A program made the translations under genes and the position numbers. A stretch of 62,746 nt of DNA, counting the filler, from Choristocarpus tenellus KU-1152 (lineage: Eukaryota > Protista > Phaeophyceae), in assembly GCA_964200185.2 (NCBI GenBank). It is 7 parts of 7 records of this genome, joined end to end, with 100 filler letters (N's around TTAATTAATTAA, not from the genome) between each part and the next. Parts side by side here need not be neighbours in the genome. Positions count along the whole stretch, not along the records: positions 11,625 to 28,634 come from CAXNAD020000734.1; 6 more parts are not named here. One strand, 5' to 3'. Below the pieces are notes generated by a model. The model was not told where the DNA came from and searched no databases. It worked only from the letters and a program-made list of their open reading frames with translations. Each line of letters opens with the position of its first letter. Within the stretch, counting starts at the first letter, position 1. Shown piece by piece: positions 13,551 through 26,500 of this stretch.

Positions 13551-16500
13551 TCATCTGAAAGCCCCCAGGCCTCGCTCCATGTTTGCAGGTCCAAAGCTGA
13601 GGTTCAGCTCTTCCAGAAAAGAGGTTGAGTTATGGATAAAGGAGCCCCCGAGAACAACATTCCCAGAAGGAAGGGAGGCATTCAACTCTGCTACTTTGCA
13701 GGCTTCCTCATATGTCACTCCACCCAGTAGGAATACAATAACCTGCACAAAGATGATTTTGGATCATGGGTGTTTGAAGACAGGGAAATACATGGGCACA
13801 ACAATAAGTAAAACACATAAAAAAAGACACAGTGAAGACTACTCTAACCCCAAGGGAGATAATATATCAATTGTAATGGTGCAAAGGATAAGTAATGTTC
13901 AATCATGAAGGGAACAACGGATGAACTGTGGAATGCTGGAATGCCGCTCACCTCTTGAGGTCTGCTGGTGCTATTCCCTCCTGTAACCAGTGGAAATGAA
14001 GATTCCTTCAGCTTCCCCTTGAGAGCAGCCTCCACTGTACCCATCATGAGAGGAACATGCTGGGAGTACACATTCTCAACCCCCTGCAGCAATGCATTGG
14101 ACCCTTGGAGTCAGGGTCATACTTAAAACATGTTTATATATACACAATGTATACACGGCAAACTGTGAATTGAAACTAAGTGCCCCGTGCCTATTGACAT
14201 GCCCCAAGAATATTTACCTGGAGTGTTGTGGTAATTGTTTTCCCGATCTTGGAAATCAAGTTGCCCTGCTTGTAAAGCCCTGGTCCACGTTGGCTGATAC
14301 CTGAATTCGAGGCAGGAGTCCAAGACCCCCAAGAAGGAAATAGGTTGCTAAATAAGAACAACACCCCAGAAGGTGTGGAGCACTTCACCTACGTATGATG
14401 TTCAATAACTTTACATGAACCATGCTGGCTGATGGTCAGACCAAGAAGATGCCTATAGCACAGTACATGGGTCGTCCAAAACAAAATAGCCTGTTTCAAA
14501 CCTGCATACTGCAGCAGAGCATCCAGAAGGTCCACCTTTTCTGGAGTGATCCCACAGTCAATGAGTCGTGCTTTCACTGACCGCAGGTTACCAGTATCCT
14601 CATAACGAAGGGCATACAGCATTGCAAGACGAAGTTTATCTGGTGCCTTGATCCTTTTTGATTCAAATTGGACAGACAGCATTGGGGAATATGAGGTGGA
14701 GTGCTTTCAAACACCTCTATGCAATATTGTAAAGTCATTTCAATGATAGAGACAGACAAAATTAAGAGGAAAATTCCTTTATGCCTTCCAACCTGTACAC
14801 TGTTGCTTTGTTGATTTTGGTTGTCTGAAGCGTGTCAAAGTACGTACCAACTAGTGCAATCACCATCACTACAGTCGTATATCATGAAGACATAACCCTG
14901 GAGCACAACACATACACAAGCACTTTGCTCCTTGGCCTGCCAGCACATTTGAAGCACCTGACTTTCAAGCGTGTAGAATGAGGATACACACATGTGCACC
15001 AAATCCACAAACTGCAGCCACAAGAAGGGTGAGTACAAAATACCTAGCATTGGAGAGCTTGTCCATGAGTTCCCTATAGTGAGCTGTATGGTCGTCTGCA
15101 CAAGCCAACTCCTGCTCAAACTGGCTCACATCTAGCAGGTGGTACACATCGACTAATCGTGCCAGCTCACTTAAAACTGCCACATGTTTGGACACGTTGA
15201 GGGACTGAGAACGGAATGCTGGATACCTGTGCATGGAATAAAGTGTGTAGATAAATATTAGTGCTCTGCTTTCACACATGCTCCCAACAAGCACACTATA
15301 TCAAAAGTACCTTAAAAACACTGTGTAAAATGAAGCAGCTCTACCACACACAACATTCTCCTCTAGTGTACACATTGAATTGACAAGCGACTTCAGGAGC
15401 CACAAAATGTGAAGAACCTCTCCCAACACCATACTACCTTTCAAGGAAGGCCTGCATATCATCGATGCTCTGGATTTTCTCGTTGAGCTTGGTAGCCTTC
15501 TGGTACTTGTCCATCAAACCCTTGACAGCTTCAGCCAGGTCTCCAAAGTTTGAGTAGCGATTAGTAGAGAAAAAATCGTCTTGTGTACTTGAAAGTACTA
15601 CCTGCAACAGCAGGAAACAAGTGAACATCATGCCAGAAATACAGGAATTTGATAGGTGGTGAACCTACCAATACCCACAACTGACTCCCTTAGAAGAGAT
15701 GACAAGAGTCATGAGGGAAAGGATCTGTCCCAGAGTGTTTCATGTTGCTATTTGTTGAATCTCACCTCCTCCAGGTCCTTGCCAATACCAGGTGCTCCTT
15801 TCAGCACAACCCTGTTGTCGTTCAGGCCAAGGAGCTCATGGACCATAGCCTGGTATGTCCACTGTGACAGTAATGGAGTAACAGGATCATCTCTGCGATC
15901 CAAGATAAGTAGCAACAACCTCCTCAATGTGGCAAGTGCAAGTAAGGTTTGTGAGGTGAGAGCTGCAGTCAAAATATGCATGGTTATATTGGTGGCAGGG
16001 AAAGTGGTCAGTCTTGAAGTGGTCAGTGATGTTCTCAATGGCAACAAACATTCAATGCTCACCCTTGCTGTCGCCTGAAATCAAAGATCTGATCCTCCTG
16101 TATATGCTTGGAAACATCCATGGCAAGCTGTCGTGCTGTAGGAGAAGATCCCTGTATTTAGCGAGTGAAGCAGCGGGCACAAAGTAGACTTGAGGACACC
16201 ATGTCCTTCACAAATGGATTGGGTCATGCAACATGTGCCTGGGCCATGTGGTGTGCACAACAGGCTTTGCCGTGCAATATGTATATCCTGGTCAGTAGTT
16301 AGCAACTTGACGGTATCAAAATTTGATCAAGGAGCAATCAGAACGGCACCCCTTACCGCGTATCTGATCTGCGACGGTTTCCTCTTCAGTGATAGCAAGG
16401 CCGACAGCAATGCCTGTCTATTACTGGCAAATAACTCCTTGGCTGCCGGTGGTGGTCTTGGAAGGCTGAGTTGCAGGCCATTAGGGCAATTGACAGAGAA

Positions 16501-17228
16501 TAAATCCTCGTTTACAGCACAGAATTCTGCGTAGTATTCCTGAACCTGACGAATAACTGCAGAACATCAAGTTCAAGTTAAAAGTATAGCGGACGAATGA
16601 CGAAATTCTACACTCTAAGGATCCAGTGCGAATGTTCAAATATTAACCAGCGCTGACAAGCAGCTTAGCTTACCTTCATGTTCATCGGCATCTGCGAGCT
16701 GTTGAAGTACCTCTACAGGACAGATGTTTGAGAAGAACACATGATATTCCGCAAACTTTGGCGCAGATATCTCTAAGCAGAGGGCCTGCACGTTCTCTCG
16801 CGTGGGGCGGATAAAACATGCTGCCTTGAGGTGTTGCATCGGTTCGTGCTCAGCATCTAACCTCTCAACCAGATATACCTCCTTCTCGAGAATCTGACTT
16901 TGAGAGTAAACCATAGCCACTGTCTGTGTCGTCACCTCGTCCAGTAGAAGTACCTTCATCCCTTCCAAAGGCACAACCGTGGATTGCGTAAGGGCGAGAA
17001 ATATATAGCATTATGTGGTGGTGGAGGCGAGACAGTTGAAGTCGGAAAAGAGGTTGGACAAAAACTGTCAATTTGAATGCGACAATAAGTGGAGTGGAAG
17101 ATGGGACATCCTAGTGCTTTCACACAAAAAGAGTATATAACAACGACCTTCATCTAACCTCCAATGAGCGGATCAGACACGATCTTGTCCACATAGAAGC
17201 GTACTGCTGTTGTCATATTCATTGACAT
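13551..17228 (-). CDS. VPS45: Vacuolar protein sorting 45 (Sec1/Munc18 family), complete
   Basis: Exons 17159-17228, 16674-16961, 16357-16556, 16063-16151, 15766-~15922, 15438-15601, 15044-15226, 14502-14653, 14218-14300, 13952-14083, 13551-13742. Motifs [103 protein letters not shown]. Confidence 0.97.
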
Positions 17229-18902
17229 ATTTGCTATTCCAATTAGAGAGATCTCTCAGATGCAGGCAATACACTATGGTAGAGTTCTGTCAGTTGTAGG
17301 TTATGGATGGAGAGAACGACCCTTTCAGCACGTTCCAGGCACGGGCAAAGTATTCGGGGTTTATTTAACGTTCAGTTGAAAATATAAAACCTAACCCTAG
17401 GTACTTTGTGTGTTTGTTACACAGATGGTGAAGGTAAAGGTTCGTTCTGCAATGTGATGATATTGCTCACCAAAATAGGAAATGAAGAAACTTGACATGC
17501 GCATCACCTTGCGATGGCGTTTTAACGCTCAATTTGTGGCTCATCCTTGAGACGAGACAGTCTGCTGTTGACCCTTACACCTGTGTGCCTGCCCCGTCTT
17601 CTACCCTCTACCTGCACGGAAGAGATACCGAAGGTGAAAGACTTCACAGTGGCAGAGTGTTTGTCTCTTTAAGGTTTCATAAAATGCCCTGGGGGCAAGG
17701 AAGAGTGAGGAATGACTCTTGGGCAGATAAAGGTTTTGGGCCATCTGTACCATCTATGGAGGAAGCAAGACCTCGGAAGGGAAATAGTATCTTGAGGAAG
17801 GGAATAATGAGGAGATATTTTGGTTAGCAATGGGGTACGCCATGAGACGAGCAGTACTATACCGCAGAGATCGGAGAGCACCGGACGAACGGTGATGGGA
17901 CTAGCAATTCGCCAAACTTGCGTGGGTCCTAAGATGTTTTCAGGTCTATAGGGGTAACCTAAAAGGACAAGGCATGCCTAGAAAGGCATTGTTGTTGTGA
18001 TCAATACAGACTCTCGTATTATGTTCGTTGAGTTCTTCTGTACGTTGCTTCTTTTACTGTGGTAAAATCTGTACAAAGTTAACTGGGCAGGTAGGCACCC
18101 TTTTGTCTTGTTAGGCACACTGCATCCTAAAGCCGGAGTTGAATTGACCTTAATCTCTAGATATCATAAGTCCAAGACGTTTTTGGTTGTGTTCGCGCCC
18201 GTCCCCGCTTGTACCTAAGTTGTCGGAAGTAAGTCGCTCTCATCATTTCGCATACAGAGCTAACAAAGGTTTACGTTCAGCTGAATACCGTAGCTCCAAG
18301 AAACATACTTTGACTGCGGGCAAATTGATAGACCGTCACATTTCGGTTTTCCTTGCTTGCGGCGCCTGGCTTATTTATCTCATGGCCTTCAGTCACCATC
18401 GTCAGTGATAGACATTCCGCATCCACATTCAATTGTGGAGCGAAACAGCTTAGAGGGGGGTTGATTTGAACTCTTTCAGCCTCAGAACGGCTTAGAACAT
18501 TTTCCAATATACACCATGCCCATGACTGAAATGCAGGTAACTCTCCTTTAGAGGACGGCCTTAAAAAAAATGATTCCATGTAATTACATTTGTAGCCGAA
18601 TGCACCCTTCAAAGTGCTCAAAGTGTATGTACCACTTGACAGTATAAGGTGTCCTTAAAACTCAACATCTCCCTGTTTAATGGTTTCGGTTGTTACTTCC
18701 ACATCGCAGACAATTTAACATTGTCTTGAGGGTAGACTTGTACAACAGGTAGTCAAACTTGTCCTGTGGAAAAAGTATGTGTTTCTCGCTTCTACGACTT
18801 TCAGTTTCGACCTGTATGTTGGACATTTCATGTAGGATCTATTTCTATTTTTGTTTGTTGCTGATCCTGAGGTATTTTTTTGACAACCTGGACAGGTAAA
18901 CC

Positions 18903-20161
18903 ATGGGTTCTAAGGCTCTTGACAACTCCCACCCCAAGAAGTATGGAAAGGGAGGGCGCCACTGCCGTGTGTGCTCTAACCAGCATGGCTTGATCCGCAA
19001 GTATGGGCTCAACATGTGTCGACAGTGCTTCCGCATATATGCTAATGATATCGGGTTCCACAAGGTGTGTCATCGTTGAGAAGTCATTTAGAAGATTATT
19101 TGGGTTACTATCTGTGATGCGTGTCCATTGGTTCATGTATCATAAATGAACCCATGATAGCAAGGTCATACATGACACTGAGAGGTATTTCTCCTCTGTC
19201 ACACTTTTGGAGCATGCTTAAAAGGGTTGAACCAGGGTATCACAGGACCCTTCTGTAGCCAAACTTGTGATCTTTGCTTGATTATCAAGATAAGCTCAAC
19301 AGTGACTCCAAGATGATGCCTACAGTTGATAAAATTTCCCATGTCTTTGTCCATATGTATTTGCAAAAGTGGAAAGATGGAGACAGCAAAGTGACCCTCT
19401 ACACATATTCTTTGTTAACATTTTCATGTTAAAATGTTGACTATGAACATATAATGTGATAAGGATAGTACACGTATCATTATTTGTTGCTGGACAATTC
19501 AATTTTTAGTGGAGCTAGTTAAACTGTGGCTCAGTAGTTGAGTGGCTAAAGGAAAAATCTTTTTACTCTGTACATACTATGCATAGTATGCACAGTGGGC
19601 AATGCATACACTGTGAGGTATGTACCATTGGCCGCACAGTGTAATGTAGGATAAGTAGAGAGTATTATCTGTTTTTATTTTTGGAGTACATTGGTTACAG
19701 AATCTGGATGGTTTTGTCATGAAAGTGTTGTGGACAAAAATGCGGCGTGGTGTCACTTCAATTCTGGTGTGTGTGCATATTTCGATATCTGGGAGTGCCG
19801 ATTGTTTATTACATACCTTGAAAGAGCTTTCTGTCACCATATATTTGGTCATATTGAAAAATTATGCTTCATACGTTGCCTGCCTTGCATGGTTAATAAT
19901 CATGCGGCGCCTTACTTGCTTTGCGCTGTGAAGTTTGAGGATACATGATGTATTTGATTCATAGAATATTCAAACTCTGTACGTGTTTGGATTGTTGTTG
20001 CTTGGTGTTTTTGTACCTTAAGATGGTGACAATAGTTGATGGTGCAGACTTCCTAGATACGCTGAAAAGATAACCATTGCACCTCTTCTGGCTCTGACTC
20101 TCTCCTCTTTGTACACCTTTGTGAACCCTATTCTATATTGTTCTGTCTTCAGTTTTCTTAG
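18903..20161 (+). CDS. RPS29: 40S ribosomal protein S29 (uS14)
   Basis: Exon 18903-19064 = [54 protein letters not shown] (CxxC...CxxC zinc finger), then a GT donor. Probable last exon 20153-20161 (TTT TCT TAG) after a polypyrimidine/cag acceptor gives 56 aa. Too short for the ORF track. Confidence 0.95.
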
Positions 20162-20676
20162 ATTTATAATATCTCTCGAGGACAGTGGTGGGCAACAGCA
20201 GCTTGGTGTGGTTGGAGGCTTGTGAGGGAATCAAGCGCTCACAGTCTCACCTCTTACTGGGGTGATTGATGATGTTCTTGGCAACTCAATACCAATAACC
20301 ATTACAAAATATCTGAAGAGTATCAAGAGGTGCACTTCAACGCTTGATCCTATTCTTGTTTCTTTCCAACCCCTGGTGAAAACTATGTGCATGTTCCAAG
20401 GGGTGTTGATGTTGTCTTGCCTTACTTGCTTCTCTTGCCGCTATGGGCACGCTCGTAATTTTGAAACTATATTATATTTGCTATCTAAATGACGCTCTAG
20501 CCAGGCTTGCTCTTCAGTGGGTGGGACAGTATTTGAGATGCTACATTGAAGACAACGGTACTGTTAATTAATGCGGATAATCTCTTGGACCGATACAATT
20601 CTTGTAAATGATGTAGGACCTTTGGTTTTTGCTGTATTTTTTGTCTTGAGGTACTCGTTCAACTTCTAGTCATGGA

Positions 20677-20860
20677 GGCTCAAAGTATCTGGGGGGGGAG
20701 GGGGTTATCTACACCAGGGTGGGCGTTCATTCGGTCCTTGACCAGGAGAGGTGTATTGACATTATCCATCTGACGCATGCAACCAACTCACCCAAAATCG
20801 CTACATGGAAGAATGGGCCCCAGATGGGCGGTTGTCATCCCTCACCAGATACTTTGAGCC
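20677..20860. mobile_element. MITE family A
   Basis: Perfect TIR GGCTCAAAGTATCTGG; 4-bp TSD TGGA/TGGA. Confidence 0.9.
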
Positions 20861-21082
20861 TGGATCGATCAGACACGTATCTAAAGAAACCTTTGCTAAC
20901 AACACGCCAATTTTGATGATTTTGCTGTTAAAAATATCCTTTTTGGCTAAAGGAAACAAAAGATTGTGTCAACCGGTTCAAGATTTAACCAATGCACAGA
21001 AACTGGGGTAGGTTATTTTTTCAAACTCTGCTCTTTGATGGAGAACAAAATATTAACCCTCAATGCAACATAACTATTGTTT

Positions 21083-23000
21083 TCAATTTATGGCACATTC
21101 GCCATTTAGAACACAGAAATCAGCCCCAAAAGAGATAATGCAATGAAGAAACAGCATCCAATAGACACCGATGGTGGTGTTGGTGACTTTGGCGACTTTA
21201 GGTGCTGCTTTAAAGTGATGTATGTTAGCTATCATAGCTTCCATGGAATGCCACTCTGCCATGAAGCTCATTGTGTTGACACCTACACACTCACACCATT
21301 TCTGTTGGTTAGTAGCTGTGGTGCTCCAACCCTCAACTGCAATCTCAAACTTCTCACACTCATCTTGGAGGCATATCCACCACTTCTCCTGTCTACCATG
21401 CTTATGTTTTTCCAGTCGCAAGGTTTCTCAGCATCACCACCTTAGTAAGTCGCAAATCCCCCATGTGTACAAATGACCCAGCAAATGGGAGTCTCACTTG
21501 TACACCCTTGCCTAGATAATCTTACACCCAGTCTTCACAAGAGCATCTTTGTAGGACAGGACATGACATGCTTTGTGTGTTCCCATTTGCAGACACCATT
21601 ACAGAGGACGAATTTGTGGTGGTGAGAACGAAGCTTCAGAACCTGTCGGAATGTCCACGTCATACGACCAAATCGCAGAACTTCAAGCTCTTAAGCTTTG
21701 AGCATTCGAATATTAAGCTCAAGCAAGACACCTGAGGTCGTATCAGAAATATCTTAGTAAATTTACTATAAAACATCTCCAGGCTTTCTAAATCCTCCTG
21801 ATCTCAACAGTGATAGTGACGTTATCGTTGATAGTTCCCCCACGGTAAACAAACTTGTCAGTCTCCTTGTAGGTCTGGTTCAGTGTTTGGATCTGCATGG
21901 TTTCGGCAGCCTCATTAGGAGGCCGAAGACACATAGTCTCCATCGTCAATGCTAACACAGTCAGACTGAATGGTCTGGTCACCTTTACAAACACCAGCAT
22001 CGCTCTGGTCAAACCTACTTGGGTCTTGGAGGAAATGCCTGCATCCTCAGTACAAAGCATACCCTACAAGAGCCGCTCAAGCGTTGTCCCACTCGCTGAT
22101 GTTCCTGCTCCTCTGAATGTATTGCTTGTGGCGCTCTCTTTGTGACAAGATCGTTGGAGATGGACAGGTCAGAGATCAACTCCTTAAATGCTACACTTAC
22201 TGCTGCAATAGTGATGCTGAAGAGGATGAGAGCAAGAACGCACCCCTGCCAAAGCTCTGTCCAACCTCCAACCAGTCTATGCACTCACCATCCATACAAA
22301 CAAATCCCCTCATACCATCATGGAATTAGCAGATGGCAGGAATCATTCAGATTTACGCCAAATTTGGACAGCACAGATCGATAAAACGCAAGAATAAGGG
22401 TACATGCTTTTCCGTCAAGCTCTTGTAGTACACGTACAGTGTAAATTGTGTCCACTGTGAAGTGTTAGGGTGGGAAACTACCTTGTTGCTTGTGAAGTAT
22501 GTTTGTTCTCCCATTCCAGTCGATCTCCCAGCCACCATGCAATAAGCTTGAAAAGGATTTGCCAGTGTGCAACTAAAGAAATATCCCTGTAATTTCCACA
22601 ATCAAGTAGGTCATCCTTCTTGTAGAGCAGGATGATGACCACATCTTTCCACACCTGTTGCCACAATTTCCTGGTTCCGCACAGCCAACACAATCTTGAG
22701 GATATCCTGGAAGATAGCCACTTCCTCCTGTAGGCCAAGCTTTAAACACTCAGTTGGAAGATTGTGGGGACTCATATCCTTCCCATTTCCCATTTCCCAT
22801 TGCCCGGAGTGCTTCAGCCACCTCCATCATCCATGACACAGAGGTGAGGTCAATTGGTGTGGGTCGTTGATGGAGGTCTTCAGCACTATGAGGGTTGAAA
22901 TCAACCGACTTGGTGCTAAGGAGCACGGTGAAATATATTGTCCACCGATCCATGGTGGATACTTGCTCCCTGAGTAGATGTCCAGACTCGTCACGGATGC
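21083..23000 (-). mobile_element. Decayed RTE-type LINE (RT and C-terminal region)
   Basis: Frameshifted fragments LYKKDDLLDCGNYRDISLVAH, QGCVLALILFSI, LCTEDAGI (YADD site), ETMCL, FVYRGGTI..EIRRI. Boundaries approximate. Confidence 0.85.
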
Positions 23001-23531
23001 GCTATGGGGTCGTCTCACTGGATTTCTTGATTTGTGTTTATTAAGTGCCTTGAAGTGAGTGAACCGAAATCACATTAAAAGTCGATTCCAACACTTTCAG
23101 ATGTTGGCAGAAACCAGCTTGGTCGCCGCGGCGAACAAGTTTTTTCCATCTTTCTGGTGTAGGTATCAAGAAACTCCTACAAGGCAGACAATCTCGCTCC
23201 TTTGAGCTATTTGCCATCCTTCTTCAACGCCTTCATGAAAGTGGCATTTTGGGTGTGTGCGGGCAATTGTTCTTATGTGCTTTCCGTTCCTCTCAGACTT
23301 CCAGAAAGTTCGCTTGAGCTTGGTCACTTGTACACTACCCTCTAGAGAGCACCCTCTGTGAAGGGGGTTGAAGGACTAAGGCATAGCTCAACAAATGGTT
23401 ACTATGGAATGTGTGGGATGTTGAGAGTATTTTGTTGTTGATGGGAACAAAATGGGTGAACGCCAACGCAAATCTCATAAAACCCTACTTTAGAGAAAAT
23501 ATTGTTGTATTCAAACTTGTTCAACTTCGAG

Positions 23532-26500
23532 ATGGCCTTGTTTCCGATATTAGGAGGGAGAGACTCTCTGAGCGGCAAGGCCGAAAAGCAATCTTCTTCT
23601 AAGAAGACTCATGAAAACGAATCAGGTGAAGCCGATGAAAAGCAGTCTTGTAGTTCATACTCAGAAATGCTCTTTTTCTGAATGTCCAACATACTCAACT
23701 TCTCAACTACACACTACAGAATGGTTGCAAGTCGGACGAAGCTACACAACCACAGCTGATGGAACGGCACACAGTCAGGAATCGCGAAGTTCTTTGCCAA
23801 CAACACTTGTAGACACAAGTTTAAGTTCTGGGACGCCAAAGAGGACTGGGAGCGTGAGGAGAGCAACTGCGGCTGACTTCTTTGAGTTGGAGGACAACAA
23901 GAACCAGGAAATTTCGAGTAGATCGAACGATGCCAGTCTTGACACGAATCAGTTGGATGAGATGAAACACGGAAGAAAGTGTAGCGTTACTGAGGATAAT
24001 ATCACTTGGAGGTACAAGGAAATGAGGAGGAGCAATGACAAGGGGAAGAGAAAGAGGACACAGGGTGCAGGAAAAAAGAGAGCACGTGGTAACGATTACC
24101 CACGTAGCTCTGACAGTGAAAGTGATATTGCTAATCGTGGCCACAAAAAATCTTGGCGCAAACACGGTGAGCCCTAGCCAAATGTCTTGTCTCTCAAACG
24201 ACCATGGTTGCTCGTTAGTTGGGCTTGAGAGGACTTCGAGTTGAAGACGCATCTACAACTCTGAGTACGCTTTTAGTTTCATTGAGGAGAAATTTGGTGT
24301 GTTTCAACCTATTGCACCATCTCTTATCGATGTTCGACCATACTTCTTAAATTCTTGCTACCTTACAGAAAACAAGAATATCTCAAAAAGGAGAAAGATC
24401 AAGGACAAAACCAAGGATAAAAACAAAGACAAATACCGCCAGGTCAGCAACAGCCGCAAAGACCGAAAAAGGTCTAGGCACAAGCGAAAAGGCACACGAA
24501 GCAGAAGCTCTGGCAGTAGCACCAGGTGTGCAAGAGATGATGTGCAAGTCGTCCGCCACAGTCCATCCGATTGCATGACATTTCTCCGTTCTTGCCCCAG
24601 GATTGTCTATTGTTTATATAGACATGTATGCACTGGGGTGCAATGACAATAGTTCTATTGAGCAAAGTTATCTTGCATGGTCTGTATTCTCATTGTGTGA
24701 TGCGGCAGCGATTTCAGCGACTTGGACAGTGATAGTGACGACCAGAGAACTGGAAGTGGGATAAGGGCACTTCATCAAAGAGGAAAAATACGCCACACGA
24801 AGTTGGGGGAAGACCAAGAGCCACAGTTTTTTGTAGACAGGTGAGAATAGACCCATGCTCATGTTGTCTTTGTTGTTACTGTGTAGTATAATGGAAGGTG
24901 TATCATCAGGCCTGTGGTCTGTGAAGATATGTCATCTTGATGTGCATTCGTAGTTGGTTCTTTTGCTGTGATGTTGATGGCAAGGGGTTTTTCTAGAATG
25001 AATGCGAACACTGATTTCTACTTGTCATTGGCCCTTTCCTCAATGTGCAGAGAGGGTGACAAGAACAACTTGTCTTTTGGAGGGTTTTACCGCCTTGATG
25101 TGCCCATCTACCACGGCATGAACAGGAACCTCAGGTGCACTTCAGCAATTGTTTGGGAGGGAACTGTGCTGGACAAGGAAAATTCATGCACAAATTGGCT
25201 AGAATTCTGGAAGCTTTGTTAACCAAAGCTGAGCTGTGTTTTGTACACTTCCTCAATCTAGTCCATGTTAACAATATTAATTTCAATGTAACAGTAAAAT
25301 GTACTGTTTGTACTCAGTCTAGCTCTTGTGCTTTACCTGCAATGCTTACTTACAGGGGAACTGGGCAACATAATCGAAAAACAGGTTCGAATAAGGTCTT
25401 GCGATATTTTGGCTCAGAAGCCGTATCTTCCAGTACAGACAGTCGGCTACTACGGGTGCAATTGTGGAAGGGTCAGAAACGAAGAGACCAAGCACTGCTT
25501 TGGGAAAAAGGGCACAAGAGGGCAATGGGAACAGCCCAGCAAAGGGTTGATGTAGAGGGTAGGAAGGTTGCATCAGAGAGGGGTATTGAGGGAGTGAGCT
25601 TACATGGGATTCGAGGTGGACAGGTGAGGCATGATGCAAGCCAAGGTACAGAATTCCTTCCAGTGGACCCAACAGTGGTGCCGAGTGTTGATAATGATCA
25701 GGAGGGGGATGGTAGTGGCAGAGGACAACATGGAGAGGGTGAGGGCGATGCAGACCCCAGGGAGGGTTTAAAGGAGAGCCTGGAGCAGTGGGTGTTGAGA
25801 AGGACCAAGGAGTTCAACAAGGAGACCCGGAGTAGCCCTGAGGTGGAAGATTTGTGGATGGATTTTGCTGACTTTCAGGATGAGGCTGTTCGGATTATGC
25901 ATGGTGGTGAGTCCGAGTCATGAAGAAGTGACTTCAATGTGTGTACCAGAGGTGTAAGATCATTCACTACTAATATCATGTTATCAATGACCCCATGTTG
26001 CCATGTAATGTGTATGATACCTAGGGCCTATGACTGAGCCTTTGTTGGTGCCTGTTTATTTACCCTTGTTGTTTTGTGTGTTTTCTTGTGCGTTGTCTTG
26101 TGTGTTGCTTTGTGTGTAATGTATGCATACTAGACTCTGTATTGCCATCTTCATCACAAGCTGTGATGCAGATGATCACTGAAAAGAGAGCGGCTGTGGT
26201 GGAGGGTGGGATACGCCATAACCCTTCTAGTGTGCGCCTGAGGCTTGAACATCTGCGTCTGATGGGCCAACTCAAGGAACACAAGGACGTGGATAAGATG
26301 TGGAGGAGAGCAATTGATAAGTGAGTTGATACAGTTGACTCAGTGGTTTCAGTAAAAAATCCTTCACTTTGTTATTCATTGTGCTGTGGGTTGTTGGCAC
26401 ATTTGTTTTAAGCCTGGCTCAACATATATAGCGATACTTCTTGACTAGGGACATGAAACCAATTAATACAAGATTGATTGAATAAGCTGGAACTATACGA

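Noticed and set aside
17424-17830. ATG GTG AAG|gt mini-exon, box C-like GTGATGA and a 111-aa ORF between VPS45 and RPS29
   Set aside because: No phase-consistent recognisable protein; the C/D candidate is only ~45 nt, lacks a canonical CTGA and has no convincing rRNA guide.
19150-20070. snoRNA-like ATGAT...CTGA motifs in the RPS29 intron
   Set aside because: Boxes are imperfect and too closely spaced; cannot be supported without a covariance-model search.
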